This document shows, one piece after another, positions 46,944-56,781 of a DNA stretch of 64,000 nt (its first letter is position 1; every line of letters begins with the position of its first letter). This DNA comes from Candidatus Latescibacterota bacterium. GTDB taxonomy: Bacteria; Latescibacterota; UBA2968. The translations under genes were made by a program, and so were the position numbers. The notes under the pieces are model-generated. The model was not told where the DNA came from and searched no databases. It worked only from the letters and a program-made list of their open reading frames with translations. The stretch spans positions 2,624,001 through 2,688,000 of the forward strand of contig OZ242010.1 of the NCBI GenBank assembly GCA_965204745.1, written 5' to 3'.

Positions 46944-49112
46944 TTGCCCATCCTCTTTCCCCTCGTCTATATTCTCGCGCTCGGCGCGGCGGAGGGGGCA
47001 GTGTTGCTCGAAGGCTATATTTTTGACCGCACAACCCAACGTGCGATTGAAAATGTCGGCATTAGCTGGGACGAGGGCGCAGGAGTTGCCACGAGCAATG
47101 CGCGCGGGCGATTCGTCTTGCGCTTGTCCCCGGGCGCGCACCACCTCTCCTTTTCGCGCATTGGCTACCGCACAGCGCGCAGGGAAGTCGCGGTTCTCGC
47201 CGGGAAAATGCCCATCTTGTACATCGCGATGACCGCGCGGGAAATCGAATTGGACACCCTGGACGTGGTCGCCAAAACCGCTGAAACCCGCTTTGAAGCC
47301 CTCCACGAACTCACGGGCACGCTCGCGGGAGACGAACTCGAACGGAAATACAGCCGCACCCTCGCGGAAACGATCAAAAATGAAATCGGCGTTGCCATTC
47401 GCAGCATGGGGCCTGCGCCCGCGCGCCCGGTCATTCGCGGCTTGAGTGGGGACCGCGTGCAGATCAACTTGGATGGGATTCGCACGCGCGACTTGTCTGC
47501 CACCTCAGCGGATCACGCGGTCGCGCTCGAACCCTACGGCATCCAACGCCTCGAAATCATCCGCGGCCCGCGCACCTTGCTCCACAGCGCGTCCGCCATT
47601 GGCGGGGTGATCAATGCGGTCAAATACAAAATCCCCGAAACCCAACCGCATCGCGTTTCTGGCAACGCGGGCGCGTACGGGGAAACGATCAATCGCGGGT
47701 ATCTCTCCGCAACATCCATCACAACGCCTGTGGGACCGCTCGCCCTGTACGCGGAAACCACGTACCGCGATACGCGGGATGTGCAGACGCCTATCGGCAA
47801 GTTGGACAACACGGCCATCGACACGCGCACGTACACCCTCGGCCTGTCATACCCCACGCGCAGGGGGTACATCGGCGCGTCCTTTGACCAATTCACCACG
47901 GAATACGGCGTACCCGGCGGCTTTATCGGCGCGCATCCCAATGGCGCGGATTTGGACATTTCGCGCCGCGTCTTTGATGGCAAGGCCGCCTACACCTTTG
48001 ACCACGCGGTGATCGATGGGGTCGAAGCGAGTTTTGCCAAAACGTTTTATCACCATTTTGAATACGAATCCAGCGGCAGCATCGGCTCGGAATTTCTGTT
48101 TCACACGTACAACGCGGACCTCGAGTTGCACGTCGGCCCGTCCCGCATCGCCTTCGGCTTTGACCACACCAATCTCAAACTCGGGGGATATGCTTTTACC
48201 CCGCCCACGCGCGAACAAAACGCGACTGTGGGCCTGTACCGCGAATGGACGCATCGCCAACTCGAACTTCAAGCCGCGGCTCGCTACACCTACGCCCAAT
48301 TTGACCCGCGCCCCGATGCCCGAACCCGCGTGGGCCTGGATGTGGATCGCACCTTTCACACCTGGTCCGCGGCCATCAGCCCGCTCGTATCCCTGTCCGA
48401 CGGATTGCGTGCTGGCCTCGGCCTGAGCAGGTCGCAGCGCGTGCCCACTATCGAAGAACTCTACAACGAAGGCCCGCACTTGGCCGCGTACACGTACGAG
48501 GTGGGCAATGTCGATCTCCACGCGGAAACGAGCATCGGCGTGGAGGTGTTTTTTCACTACTTGCGCCCGGGCTTTGATTTTGTCCTCAGCGGCTATTGGA
48601 ACGAGTTCGACACCTATATCGCCCCGCGCAATACCGGGGCGATCAATTTTACCCAACTCTTGCCGATCTACGCCGCCGATGGCATCGCCGCGCGGTTTTT
48701 GGGCGCGGAAATGCACATGGGCTGGCGGCCCGATGCCCGGCTCAATTTGGAATTGAACAGCAGCTACGTGCGCGGTCAAAACCGGACCGATCACCTGCCC
48801 CTGCCGGAAATGCCCCCGCTCAAACTCAATGCCGAAGCGACTTATCGCTTTCCCCTTTTCGCCCTGGGCTTGACCGCCGAGTTCGCCGCGGCTCAAAACC
48901 GCGTGGACACGCACGAGACCCCAACGGATCGCTACATCGTCACGGGCGCGTTCTTACAACGCCACTTCCAAACCGCCCACACCCGGCACACGGTGATGCT
49001 CTCGGTCCACAACCTTTTCAACCGAGAATACCGCAACCACCTCTCGCGCATTCGCTCCGTCATGCCAGAACCGGGGCGCAACGTGCGGTTGAATTACAAG
49101 GTGTATTTTTAG
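46944..49112 (+). CDS. TonB-dependent receptor (ZnuD-like metal receptor)
   Basis: 'RSMGPAPARPVIRGLSGDRV', 'SADHAV', 'RGPRTLL', 'ELYNEGPHLA', 'YRNHLSRI...PEPGRN'; start uncertain. Confidence 0.88.
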   Translation: MPILFPLVYILALGAAEGAVLLEGYIFDRTTQRAIENVGISWDEGAGVATSNARGRFVLRLSPGAHHLSFSRIGYRTARREVAVLAGKMPILYIAMTAREIELDTLDVVAKTAETRFEALHELTGTLAGDELERKYSRTLAETIKNEIGVAIRSMGPAPARPVIRGLSGDRVQINLDGIRTRDLSATSADHAVALEPYGIQRLEIIRGPRTLLHSASAIGGVINAVKYKIPETQPHRVSGNAGAYGETINRGYLSATSITTPVGPLALYAETTYRDTRDVQTPIGKLDNTAIDTRTYTLGLSYPTRRGYIGASFDQFTTEYGVPGGFIGAHPNGADLDISRRVFDGKAAYTFDHAVIDGVEASFAKTFYHHFEYESSGSIGSEFLFHTYNADLELHVGPSRIAFGFDHTNLKLGGYAFTPPTREQNATVGLYREWTHRQLELQAAARYTYAQFDPRPDARTRVGLDVDRTFHTWSAAISPLVSLSDGLRAGLGLSRSQRVPTIEELYNEGPHLAAYTYEVGNVDLHAETSIGVEVFFHYLRPGFDFVLSGYWNEFDTYIAPRNTGAINFTQLLPIYAADGIAARFLGAEMHMGWRPDARLNLELNSSYVRGQNRTDHLPLPEMPPLKLNAEATYRFPLFALGLTAEFAAAQNRVDTHETPTDRYIVTGAFLQRHFQTAHTRHTVMLSVHNLFNREYRNHLSRIRSVMPEPGRNVRLNYKVYF

Positions 49113-49503
49113 GTCGTGTGTGCCCATCCACTCCCGAGGCCCGCGCTTGCCACACAAGCGCGGGCCAACGGCTCTCCACCCGTGCGTTCCCTGCCCACCT
49201 CTCCGTGTGCGTGACCCCGGCTTTGCGCGCCAGTAGCATCAGTTCCACCTACCCTCCATCACCCGTAGAGACGGGCCAAACCACTGCTCAAATTCATTCG
49301 CAAATTCAACCTACCCTCTAGCCCCGTAGGGATAGGCCCCCGTGCCTGTCCGTGCATATAGCGGTGGATGGCAGGGATCGAAAATCGCGAATGGCGAAAC
49401 GCTGACCGCTATTTGGTTGCCCATCTCACTTGGGGCGTTTATATTGGGCGCGGCTGAAGCAGGACAAAGCGGTGTTCACAACTTGAACCCAAAGGATGGT
49501 AGC

Positions 49504-51630
49504 ATGGATATAATCTCAAGAGATAGAAAATGGCGAGAAGAGCGCACGTTGCAAAAGGCTCTTGCCAAATGCCGCCGTGCAGCTCAGGAAGGATACGAGA
49601 TCGCGAGTAAGAACCTTGACGGAATCAAGATCGCCATAGATGGGGTTTCGGCTGATTTGAAACAAAACTTGTCAAGCCTGAATCATAGACAAGTCAATAC
49701 GAACGACGTCGACGTTCAGCTTCAAAAACAACGCCAACAAGCGGTCTCAGAACTCTATCAGTTGTACAAAAAATCGCGTGCCTCATTGGAAGAGAAACGT
49801 GCGCAGTTGGACAAATTTTCCATTGCCCTCTTTGGTCGCACGATGACTGGCAAGTCAACATTGATGGAAATTTTGACCAACGGCGACGGTTCATCTATCG
49901 GTAAGGGATCCCAACGCACGACCCGGGACGTGCGTAGCTATGACTGGAAAGGGCTTGAAGTTACCGATGTGCCTGGTATAGCCGCGTTTGAAGGCAGAGA
50001 GGACGAAGAAAAGGCATTTGAGGCCGCTGTGCTATCGGACTTGGTGCTCTTTCTCATCACAGACGACGCACCACAAAACGAAGAAGCCAAGTGTCTCGCC
50101 CGCGTTCGGGCACTTGGCAAGCCGATTCTGGGTATCTGTAACGTTAAAGCCGCTCTCAACAATGCAGATGATGTAAGCCTTTTTTTTCGAAGGAATTGGT
50201 TCAAGCGCAAACGAAAGGATCTCGATGCTATCGTCCGACAATTCCACGAGTTTGCGGAAAGAGACAGTCCGGGTAGCCGAATTTCCTTCGCATATACCCA
50301 TTTGCAGTTAAAGTTCCTGTCTCAACAACCTGGGTACGAGCCGCAGAAGGAAGATTTGGAATCTGCGAGTCGCTTCAACCGCGTTGAAGAACAAATCATT
50401 TTGGAGGTGATCAGCCGTGGAACATTCTTGCGATGGAAGAGCTTCATTGATGGCACTGTCGTTCCAATGCTCAAGTTTAGCGACACACTTTTGGATTTTA
50501 GTGCCCAAAACTCGTCCAGTGATCGCGCTGACAAGAGGCGACAAGTCGAGTCGTGGTCTGATCGATTTCGCAAAAGTGGGAAAGAACGTATTGATATGTT
50601 CATCGAGAAAGAAGTGGGCTCGCTACGCGCTAAAATTTCGGGATTCGTGGAAGACAACTACGAGGCGCGCGATGCTGGCGAGTGCTGGAACCGCTTAGTC
50701 GAGAATCAAGGCATAGATCGAAAGGCAGAGAAACTTGTCGAGCAAATCGTGAATGAATGTAAAGACGAACTGTCAGAAATAGCACCGCAACTTAAATCCG
50801 AACTAAATTTCGTCGGTCGGTTTTCTGGCGACCGCAGGATTAGTATGGATTCTATATTTGACTCAAAACGCGTTTGGAACTGGGGGACCAAACTTCTTTT
50901 TGCGCTTAGTCTTGCCGCCGCTCTTTTTGTCAACGGTCCCCTCGGCTGGGTTGCTGGGGCTACTGCGGCAGTAGTTGGAGTAATCGGGCGGCTCTTCTCG
51001 GGACTCTTTAAGGACAGAGAGGCGAAGGTGCGAAAGCAACGCGCACAACTCGAAAGCAGGCTCAAACGAGATATTAAAAAGATAGAACGTAACCTCCAAA
51101 AGCAACTTGGTGATTGGTTCCACCAAGACCTGCTCAAAAAGCAAGTCTCTGTCTGTCTCGACGAATTCTCGGCTATCACATCGAATCTCTTCAAATTGGC
51201 GGATTCACAAAGAAATCTGGCGTGGGAACTCAACAAGCATCAGAAACGTCTGCACCGCATCCTGATCGACAAAGCACTTGGGCAACTTGGACATAAAGAC
51301 TGTGGGAACCTCATTTCGGATATAGCCCGAGTGTCTGGACTGGCAATTATGCTGCTGATTGAGCCTAACACGACATTCCCCGGAGAAGTGCGTAGGGATT
51401 TAGAGAAACTGCTTGGGGAAAAGGTATTCGTAGTCAACACCCGCAACAAAGTCTCAATTTTAGCCCAAGCCATTGGGCTCGACTGCGACCGGAGTAAAGT
51501 CAGTATCGAATCAGACATTCAAGTGGCACACATTCCGGTAGATGATCTCGATAAGGTTGGCATCTCTCGTATCCGGCTCGCACAGCAGTTGACCGAACTG
51601 CATGTGATGAAATCAAAAGGGAGGGTATAA
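49504..51630 (+). CDS. Dynamin-like GTPase with TM hairpin and C-terminal NusA-like KH region
   Basis: G1 GRTMTGKST, G2 RTT, G3 DVPG, G4-like NVK; helical stalk; hydrophobic 'LLFALSLAAALFVNGPLGWVAG'; lower GC than the flanks. Confidence 0.8.
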   Translation: MDIISRDRKWREERTLQKALAKCRRAAQEGYEIASKNLDGIKIAIDGVSADLKQNLSSLNHRQVNTNDVDVQLQKQRQQAVSELYQLYKKSRASLEEKRAQLDKFSIALFGRTMTGKSTLMEILTNGDGSSIGKGSQRTTRDVRSYDWKGLEVTDVPGIAAFEGREDEEKAFEAAVLSDLVLFLITDDAPQNEEAKCLARVRALGKPILGICNVKAALNNADDVSLFFRRNWFKRKRKDLDAIVRQFHEFAERDSPGSRISFAYTHLQLKFLSQQPGYEPQKEDLESASRFNRVEEQIILEVISRGTFLRWKSFIDGTVVPMLKFSDTLLDFSAQNSSSDRADKRRQVESWSDRFRKSGKERIDMFIEKEVGSLRAKISGFVEDNYEARDAGECWNRLVENQGIDRKAEKLVEQIVNECKDELSEIAPQLKSELNFVGRFSGDRRISMDSIFDSKRVWNWGTKLLFALSLAAALFVNGPLGWVAGATAAVVGVIGRLFSGLFKDREAKVRKQRAQLESRLKRDIKKIERNLQKQLGDWFHQDLLKKQVSVCLDEFSAITSNLFKLADSQRNLAWELNKHQKRLHRILIDKALGQLGHKDCGNLISDIARVSGLAIMLLIEPNTTFPGEVRRDLEKLLGEKVFVVNTRNKVSILAQAIGLDCDRSKVSIESDIQVAHIPVDDLDKVGISRIRLAQQLTELHVMKSKGRV

Positions 51631-51633
51631 CCC

Positions 51634-53352
51634 ATGAAAACCTTAAAACTTCGGCAATGGGCCGAAAAGGGGCAGGCCCTGCTCAATAGGGCAAAAAGCG
51701 TCCTCAAAGACGCGCCTCTTGACAAAGTGCGGGACTTTGCACAGCGAGTTCCGGGAGAAGTGGCACCTCCTGACGAATCCGTGCAAGTGGTCTTTGCTGG
51801 TCAATACAGTGCCGGCAAGTCTTCGATTCTCAAGGCACTGACCGGAGAAGACATCGAGATTGGGGCCGCCATCACGACTCAAAAAGTGCAACAACTCGAC
51901 TGGAAAGGAATCAAAGTGACCGATACACCTGGCGTCCACACGGAGTTGCGGCCCGATCAAGACGCAATAACGTACGAGGCGATCAGCAAAGCCGATCTCT
52001 TGGTCTTTGTCATTACCAACGAATTGTTTGACTCCCATATCGCGGAGCATTTTAGGAAACTCGCCATTGATCGGGAAAAAGCCCACGAAATGCTGTTGGT
52101 TGTGAACAAGATGCAACGATGTGCCGAGGGGAATACACCAGAAGTTCAGAACACAATTCAGGAAGACCTCCGAAAAGTCCTCGCACCGTTCACCCCGGAA
52201 CAACTTCGCATCTCTTTTGTGGACGCCGAATCCGAACTTGAGGCCCGCGCAGACCGGGATGAGGAGCTTCGCAGAATTTTCCGGCGAAGAAGTGGCTTTG
52301 ATGGCTTTATTGATAATCTCGATGCGTTTGTGGAGGAAAAGGGGTTGGCTGCGCGTTATACGACATCGCTCTACACGCTCGAACAGGTGCTCCAAGAGGC
52401 CCTTGCCGCCGAGGCGAGCGATGATATCGATGTAGATGCTTTGCAAGAATTGCTTACTCAGCAACGACGTGCATTAGTGAATGGTAAGGCACAGGTTTCT
52501 CAGTCCGTGGAAAGTAAGGTCCAACAGACTGTAAATGAGATTAGGGAGGAAGGACGCAAGGCGGCGGACCTAATTCGTGGAGGCGCGAACTCCGAGGCTG
52601 TCAATCGGAAATTAACGGTTGCCCAAGGGCGCGTTGAAAAGCAGGCGGATGAGTTGTCGGGACTCATTCAAAAAACGATGGAAGAGGGTATCAGCAATCT
52701 CGCGGGGAGGGTGACGCAAATTGCGGAGAGCGAATTAGCTAAAGAGTTGCTATCGAGGCTAAGAAAAAGAGTCCAAGATCTCGACATGGATCCTGAGACG
52801 TTGTCTAAGATGAAACAAGGTGGAGATGTAACCTACCGACTTGGATCGTTTCTAGTAAGTAAGTCTTTTACTCCCACAACCTCGACCTTCTCCGGTCTGT
52901 TCAAACTCAACCAGTATTCGGGTACAGCAACTCACGGTATGGTTAAAACCACTGGTCATTTTTTTGGGAAATCCTTTAAGTCGTGGGAGGCGGTAAAGTG
53001 GACCCGTAGGATCGCAAATGCTAGTCGGGTTTTGGCTGTATTAGGGATGCTTTTGACCATTTTGACTCAGATCATAGAAGACGCCAGGGCTGCCAAGCTG
53101 GAACAGGAATTGCGCGAAGGCCGGGCGGCGGTGCGGGCAGGATTTGACGAAGCCGCCCATGCGGTTGAACTCCATTTCGATGAAGAGACCAACACCTATG
53201 TCGACGAAACCATCGGCAAGCGCATTGCAGAGGTGGATGAGCAACTCGAGGAACTTAGAGATATGCAGCAATCGCGTAGCGAGCTCTTCCAAGAACTCAC
53301 GGGCCTGTTGGAAGATACCCGATCACTCATCTCGGAAATGCACGCGTCGTAA
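51634..53352 (+). CDS. LeoA/HP0731-like dynamin-like GTPase
   Basis: G1 GQYSAGKSS, G3 DTPG, G4 NKM; LeoA-type 'GHFFGKSFKSWEAVK' paddle. Confidence 0.82.
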   Translation: MKTLKLRQWAEKGQALLNRAKSVLKDAPLDKVRDFAQRVPGEVAPPDESVQVVFAGQYSAGKSSILKALTGEDIEIGAAITTQKVQQLDWKGIKVTDTPGVHTELRPDQDAITYEAISKADLLVFVITNELFDSHIAEHFRKLAIDREKAHEMLLVVNKMQRCAEGNTPEVQNTIQEDLRKVLAPFTPEQLRISFVDAESELEARADRDEELRRIFRRRSGFDGFIDNLDAFVEEKGLAARYTTSLYTLEQVLQEALAAEASDDIDVDALQELLTQQRRALVNGKAQVSQSVESKVQQTVNEIREEGRKAADLIRGGANSEAVNRKLTVAQGRVEKQADELSGLIQKTMEEGISNLAGRVTQIAESELAKELLSRLRKRVQDLDMDPETLSKMKQGGDVTYRLGSFLVSKSFTPTTSTFSGLFKLNQYSGTATHGMVKTTGHFFGKSFKSWEAVKWTRRIANASRVLAVLGMLLTILTQIIEDARAAKLEQELREGRAAVRAGFDEAAHAVELHFDEETNTYVDETIGKRIAEVDEQLEELRDMQQSRSELFQELTGLLEDTRSLISEMHAS

Positions 53353-53369
53353 GGTTGCGCTTGGGCGCG
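53346..53369 (+). repeat. 24-bp direct repeat, copy 1
   Basis: GTCGTAAGGTTGCGCTTGGGCGCG, identical to 55044-55067. Confidence 0.9.
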
Positions 53370-53435
53370 TTGTGGCTACAGATCGAATGGGGTTGGGTGG
53401 GCTGATTGCTGGCGATAGAAAAGGAAACTTTCCCC

Positions 53436-55004
53436 ATGCGCTTTTTTAATACCGCCGGGCCTGTAGTGGCTGAAGACCATTACTGTATCCCGCCCTTAGA
53501 ACGGCTAAATCTCGTCGAGGTGCGTCGACTCATCCGGGACAAACGCTACTTCGTCCTGCACGCGCCTCGGCAGACGGGCAAGACCTCGGCTCTGCTGGCC
53601 TTGCGCGACCTGCTCAACGCCGAAGGCGCGTACCGTTGCGTGTACGCCAATATCGAAGGCGGGCAGGCCATGCGCGAAGATGTGGAACAGGTCATGCGCG
53701 TCATTCTGGGCGAGTTGGCACTCCGGGCGAGTTTGCTGGGCGATGAGTTTCTGGACGAGATTTGGCCCGACATCTTGACCAAGAGCGGGCCGGGTGCTGC
53801 GTTGCGCGTGGCCTTGACGCGCTGGGCCAATGCGGATCCGAAACCGCTGGTGTTGCTCATCGACGAGATAGACGCGCTGATCGGCGACTCGCTCCTATCT
53901 GTGTTGCGGCAGTTGCGCGCTGGCTACGACCAGCGTCCAAAGTATTTTCCGCAAAGCATAGTGCTGTGCGGAATACGCGATGTGCGCGATTACCGCATCC
54001 ATTCCGGTTCTGCAAATGCCGTCATTGCAGGGGGCAGCGCGTTTAATATTAAATCGCGCTCGTTGCGATTGGGCGACTTCTCGCAGGACGAGGTGCGCGC
54101 CTTGCTCGCACAGCATACAAAGGAGACGGGGCAGGCGTTCACCCCCGACGCACTGGACGCGATCTGGCATCAGACGCAGGGGCAACCGTGGCTGGTCAAC
54201 GCCTTGGCAGATCAAACCTGCTTCCGAGATGGTGCCGAGGATCGAAGCGATCCCGTCACTGCTACCGCTGTCGTCGAGGCGAAAGAGCAACTCATCCTGC
54301 GCCGCGAAACGCACCTCGATCAGTTGACCGACAAACTCCAAGAAGAGCGCGTGCGGCGCATTGTCGAACCGATCTTGAGCGGCGGCGATGAGGAACGCCA
54401 CTTCACGGATCGCGATTTGGGGTATGTACAGGATCTCGGGCTCGTGGGTCAAGATCAACCGTATCGCATCGCCAATCCGATCTACGCCGAAGTCGTGCCC
54501 CGCGAATTGACATGGGTGGTCCAAGGGGAATTTGAGCAGGAAACGGTCTGGTACATCCAGGCCGATGGCAGTTTGGATGTGGTCAAATTGCTGGCCGAGT
54601 TCCAGACCTTTTTCCGCGAACATTCCGAGCATTGGGTCAAGCGATTCGCGTATCAAGAGGCCGGCCCCCAGTTGCTGTTACAGGCGTTTTTGCAAAGGAT
54701 CATGAATAGCGGTGGGCGTATCGAACGCGAGTATGGCTTGGGCCGCATGCGTACCGATCTGCTCATCATCTGGCCGCAGGGCGAGCGCAAATTCGTGATC
54801 GAGTGCAAAGTGCTCCGCAAGACCTTGGAACGGACTATCGCCGAGGGTTTGGAACAGACCGCAGACTACATGGATCGCTGCGATGCAGAGGCGGGGCATC
54901 TGGTGATCTTTGACCGCCGCGAGGATCGGCGTTGGCCGGACAAGATATTTCGGGATCGCCGAGCGTCTGACAGTGGCGTTGAGATCGAGGTATGGGGGAT
55001 GTGA
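53436..55004 (+). CDS. AAA ATPase fused to a C-terminal PD-(D/E)XK nuclease-like domain
   Basis: 'MRFFNTAGP', Walker A 'APRQTGKT', Walker B 'LLIDEID', 'EREY.LG..RTDL...VIECK'. Confidence 0.88.
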   Translation: MRFFNTAGPVVAEDHYCIPPLERLNLVEVRRLIRDKRYFVLHAPRQTGKTSALLALRDLLNAEGAYRCVYANIEGGQAMREDVEQVMRVILGELALRASLLGDEFLDEIWPDILTKSGPGAALRVALTRWANADPKPLVLLIDEIDALIGDSLLSVLRQLRAGYDQRPKYFPQSIVLCGIRDVRDYRIHSGSANAVIAGGSAFNIKSRSLRLGDFSQDEVRALLAQHTKETGQAFTPDALDAIWHQTQGQPWLVNALADQTCFRDGAEDRSDPVTATAVVEAKEQLILRRETHLDQLTDKLQEERVRRIVEPILSGGDEERHFTDRDLGYVQDLGLVGQDQPYRIANPIYAEVVPRELTWVVQGEFEQETVWYIQADGSLDVVKLLAEFQTFFREHSEHWVKRFAYQEAGPQLLLQAFLQRIMNSGGRIEREYGLGRMRTDLLIIWPQGERKFVIECKVLRKTLERTIAEGLEQTADYMDRCDAEAGHLVIFDRREDRRWPDKIFRDRRASDSGVEIEVWGM

Positions 55005-55043
55005 GGAAGGCCGGCGAAATGGGGCATGGTTGCGTACTGTCAG

Positions 55044-55067
55044 GTCGTAAGGTTGCGCTTGGGCGCG
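55044..55067 (+). repeat. 24-bp direct repeat, copy 2
   Basis: Identical to 53346-53369. Confidence 0.9.
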
Positions 55068-55101
55068 ACTCGTTGCACAATTTTGAACCGGGAGTTTTGA
55101 C

Positions 55102-55806
55102 GTGCATCATCCGAAAAAAGAAAAACCCGATCTCCTCGAGCGCGGCGCGCCTGTCGATGGTGAGTCGCAGGTGAGTGATCGGCGGCTCTACATGCAGTTG
55201 CAGGTCTTCACGGGGGTTCGGGATGTGGCCGCTGTGGTTCGCGCACTCGACCAAAGCGGCCTCGAGTACGCGCTCTATTTGGACGCGCACGACCCTTGTG
55301 GTATTGGCGTCGTCTTTCTCGCGAAATCGCCCGATCTGTTTGTGACCGACATCCGCGCCGCGCTCACCCGCGAGCCCTTCTGTTCCTACACGCGCCGGCC
55401 CGAACTCGCCATGCTCGGGCGCACGTACGCCACGGGCTACGAACCGGACCTCGAGTACGCGCTCATCACCCGGCCGCGCAACAATGTGCTCAACCCCGAA
55501 TGGCCCTGGGCGATATGGTATCCCTTGCGCCGCAACGGGGATTTCGCCCGCCTCAACCACAAAGAACAACGCGCAATTCTCATGGAACACGCCGCGATTG
55601 GGCGCGCTTATGGCCGCGAGAATCACGCGCACGACATTCGCTTGGCCTGCTATGGCCTCGATCCCAACGACAATGATTTTGTCATCGGCTTAATCGGAGC
55701 CGAACTCCATCCCCTCTCTCGCGTTGTGCAAGACATGCGAAAAACCCAACAAACCGCGCTCTACATGGAATCGCTGGGGCCGTTTTTTGTCGGAAAAAAA
55801 GTGTGA
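55102..55806 (+). CDS. Chlorite dismutase / coproheme decarboxylase (HemQ-like) family protein
   Basis: 'WAIWYPLRR', 'ILMEHAAIG', 'YGLDPNDNDFV', 'MRKT', 'GPFFVG'. Confidence 0.82.
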   Translation: MHHPKKEKPDLLERGAPVDGESQVSDRRLYMQLQVFTGVRDVAAVVRALDQSGLEYALYLDAHDPCGIGVVFLAKSPDLFVTDIRAALTREPFCSYTRRPELAMLGRTYATGYEPDLEYALITRPRNNVLNPEWPWAIWYPLRRNGDFARLNHKEQRAILMEHAAIGRAYGRENHAHDIRLACYGLDPNDNDFVIGLIGAELHPLSRVVQDMRKTQQTALYMESLGPFFVGKKV

Positions 55807-55846
55807 AAAGTCGCGTGTCCGAACGAGGCAAAGGAGTCATAAGTGC

Positions 55847-56197
55847 ATGAGTTGGCGTCCCTTCATCAAACTCTACCCATCCACGCTCGACATCATACAA
55901 CTGGGCGTCAATCTCATTGTTCGCACAGCTATTCTCACACTCGTGTTGAGTTGTTTCCTGCTCATTGGCCTGAGCTTCAATTGGCTGATAAACTTCGGAT
56001 TAGAGGTATTGGAAGCTCCTGAAATTGGCAAGAAGATATTGTCGCAGATCGCGCTTGTGTATATCTTGGTCGTAGGGGGCGCGGCTACGTTAACTAGCAC
56101 TATGGTCGTGGTTTATTTGACAATCGCCGACCTGCGTAATTTTCCGACCCAAGTGCCGAGCGATAAAAATGGAGGCGATGGTGATGCCAAATATTAA
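55847..56197 (+). CDS. Hypothetical two-TM membrane protein
   Basis: AAGGAG SD; two hydrophobic stretches; lower GC. Confidence 0.6.
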   Translation: MSWRPFIKLYPSTLDIIQLGVNLIVRTAILTLVLSCFLLIGLSFNWLINFGLEVLEAPEIGKKILSQIALVYILVVGGAATLTSTMVVVYLTIADLRNFPTQVPSDKNGGDGDAKY

Positions 56198-56762
56198 GCT
56201 CCTTCTCATGAGAGACTTCAAGTTGGCGATAATACACGCCACCGTGTGGATACTTTTGTTTTGGATTTCAGGATATCCCATAGATGAATGGGCTGTGACT
56301 GCGGTTGTCTTGTACATCCCGCTGTGGTTGTCAATAGAGATCGTTCTCAGGGTGGTATCCTTTACGGCAAGGCGTCTGTCCAATTACGTGAGCCGCGCCG
56401 CACAGAGGGCCGGGATAGAATTTCCCGAGAGTCGGCCTCATGGCCTTTCCAACAAGCGATGCCCTATCGCCGTATTTCTGATATTGTTCTCCACGATCAT
56501 TGGCCTTTCATTGAGCGTTGGCATACCCGCCGCTGGTCTGGTTGGACTCACACCTCTGCCATCTTATTTTTTTTGGGTAGCATTGGGATTTCTCTGTATC
56601 GGAGGGCTGGGCTTGTCGCTGATTTTTGGTATCGCAGCAACCATACTCGCTGTGGTTAACGCGCTACATGAAGGCTTGGGGCCGAGAATCACGCGCTCTC
56701 ACGCAATGACTCGGGATGTAGCCGTTGCCGCTGGGTTTTTCCAAGAATCTATGTCAGCGTAA
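56169..56762 (+). CDS. Hypothetical four-TM membrane protein
   Basis: Overlaps the previous gene; GGAGG SD; four hydrophobic segments. Confidence 0.6.
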   Translation: MEAMVMPNIKLLLMRDFKLAIIHATVWILLFWISGYPIDEWAVTAVVLYIPLWLSIEIVLRVVSFTARRLSNYVSRAAQRAGIEFPESRPHGLSNKRCPIAVFLILFSTIIGLSLSVGIPAAGLVGLTPLPSYFFWVALGFLCIGGLGLSLIFGIAATILAVVNALHEGLGPRITRSHAMTRDVAVAAGFFQESMSA

Positions 56763-56781
56763 ATGGAAATCGGAGTTGTCC

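Noticed and set aside
46766-47221. Possible DGR template/variable repeat pair
   Set aside because: Mismatches are not adenine-specific (C/T and G/A both occur), the repeat is N-terminal, and there is no reverse transcriptase in the window.
53346-55067. Integron attC sites
   Set aside because: No RYYYAAC...GTTRRRY inverted structure and no integron integrase; these are only direct repeats.
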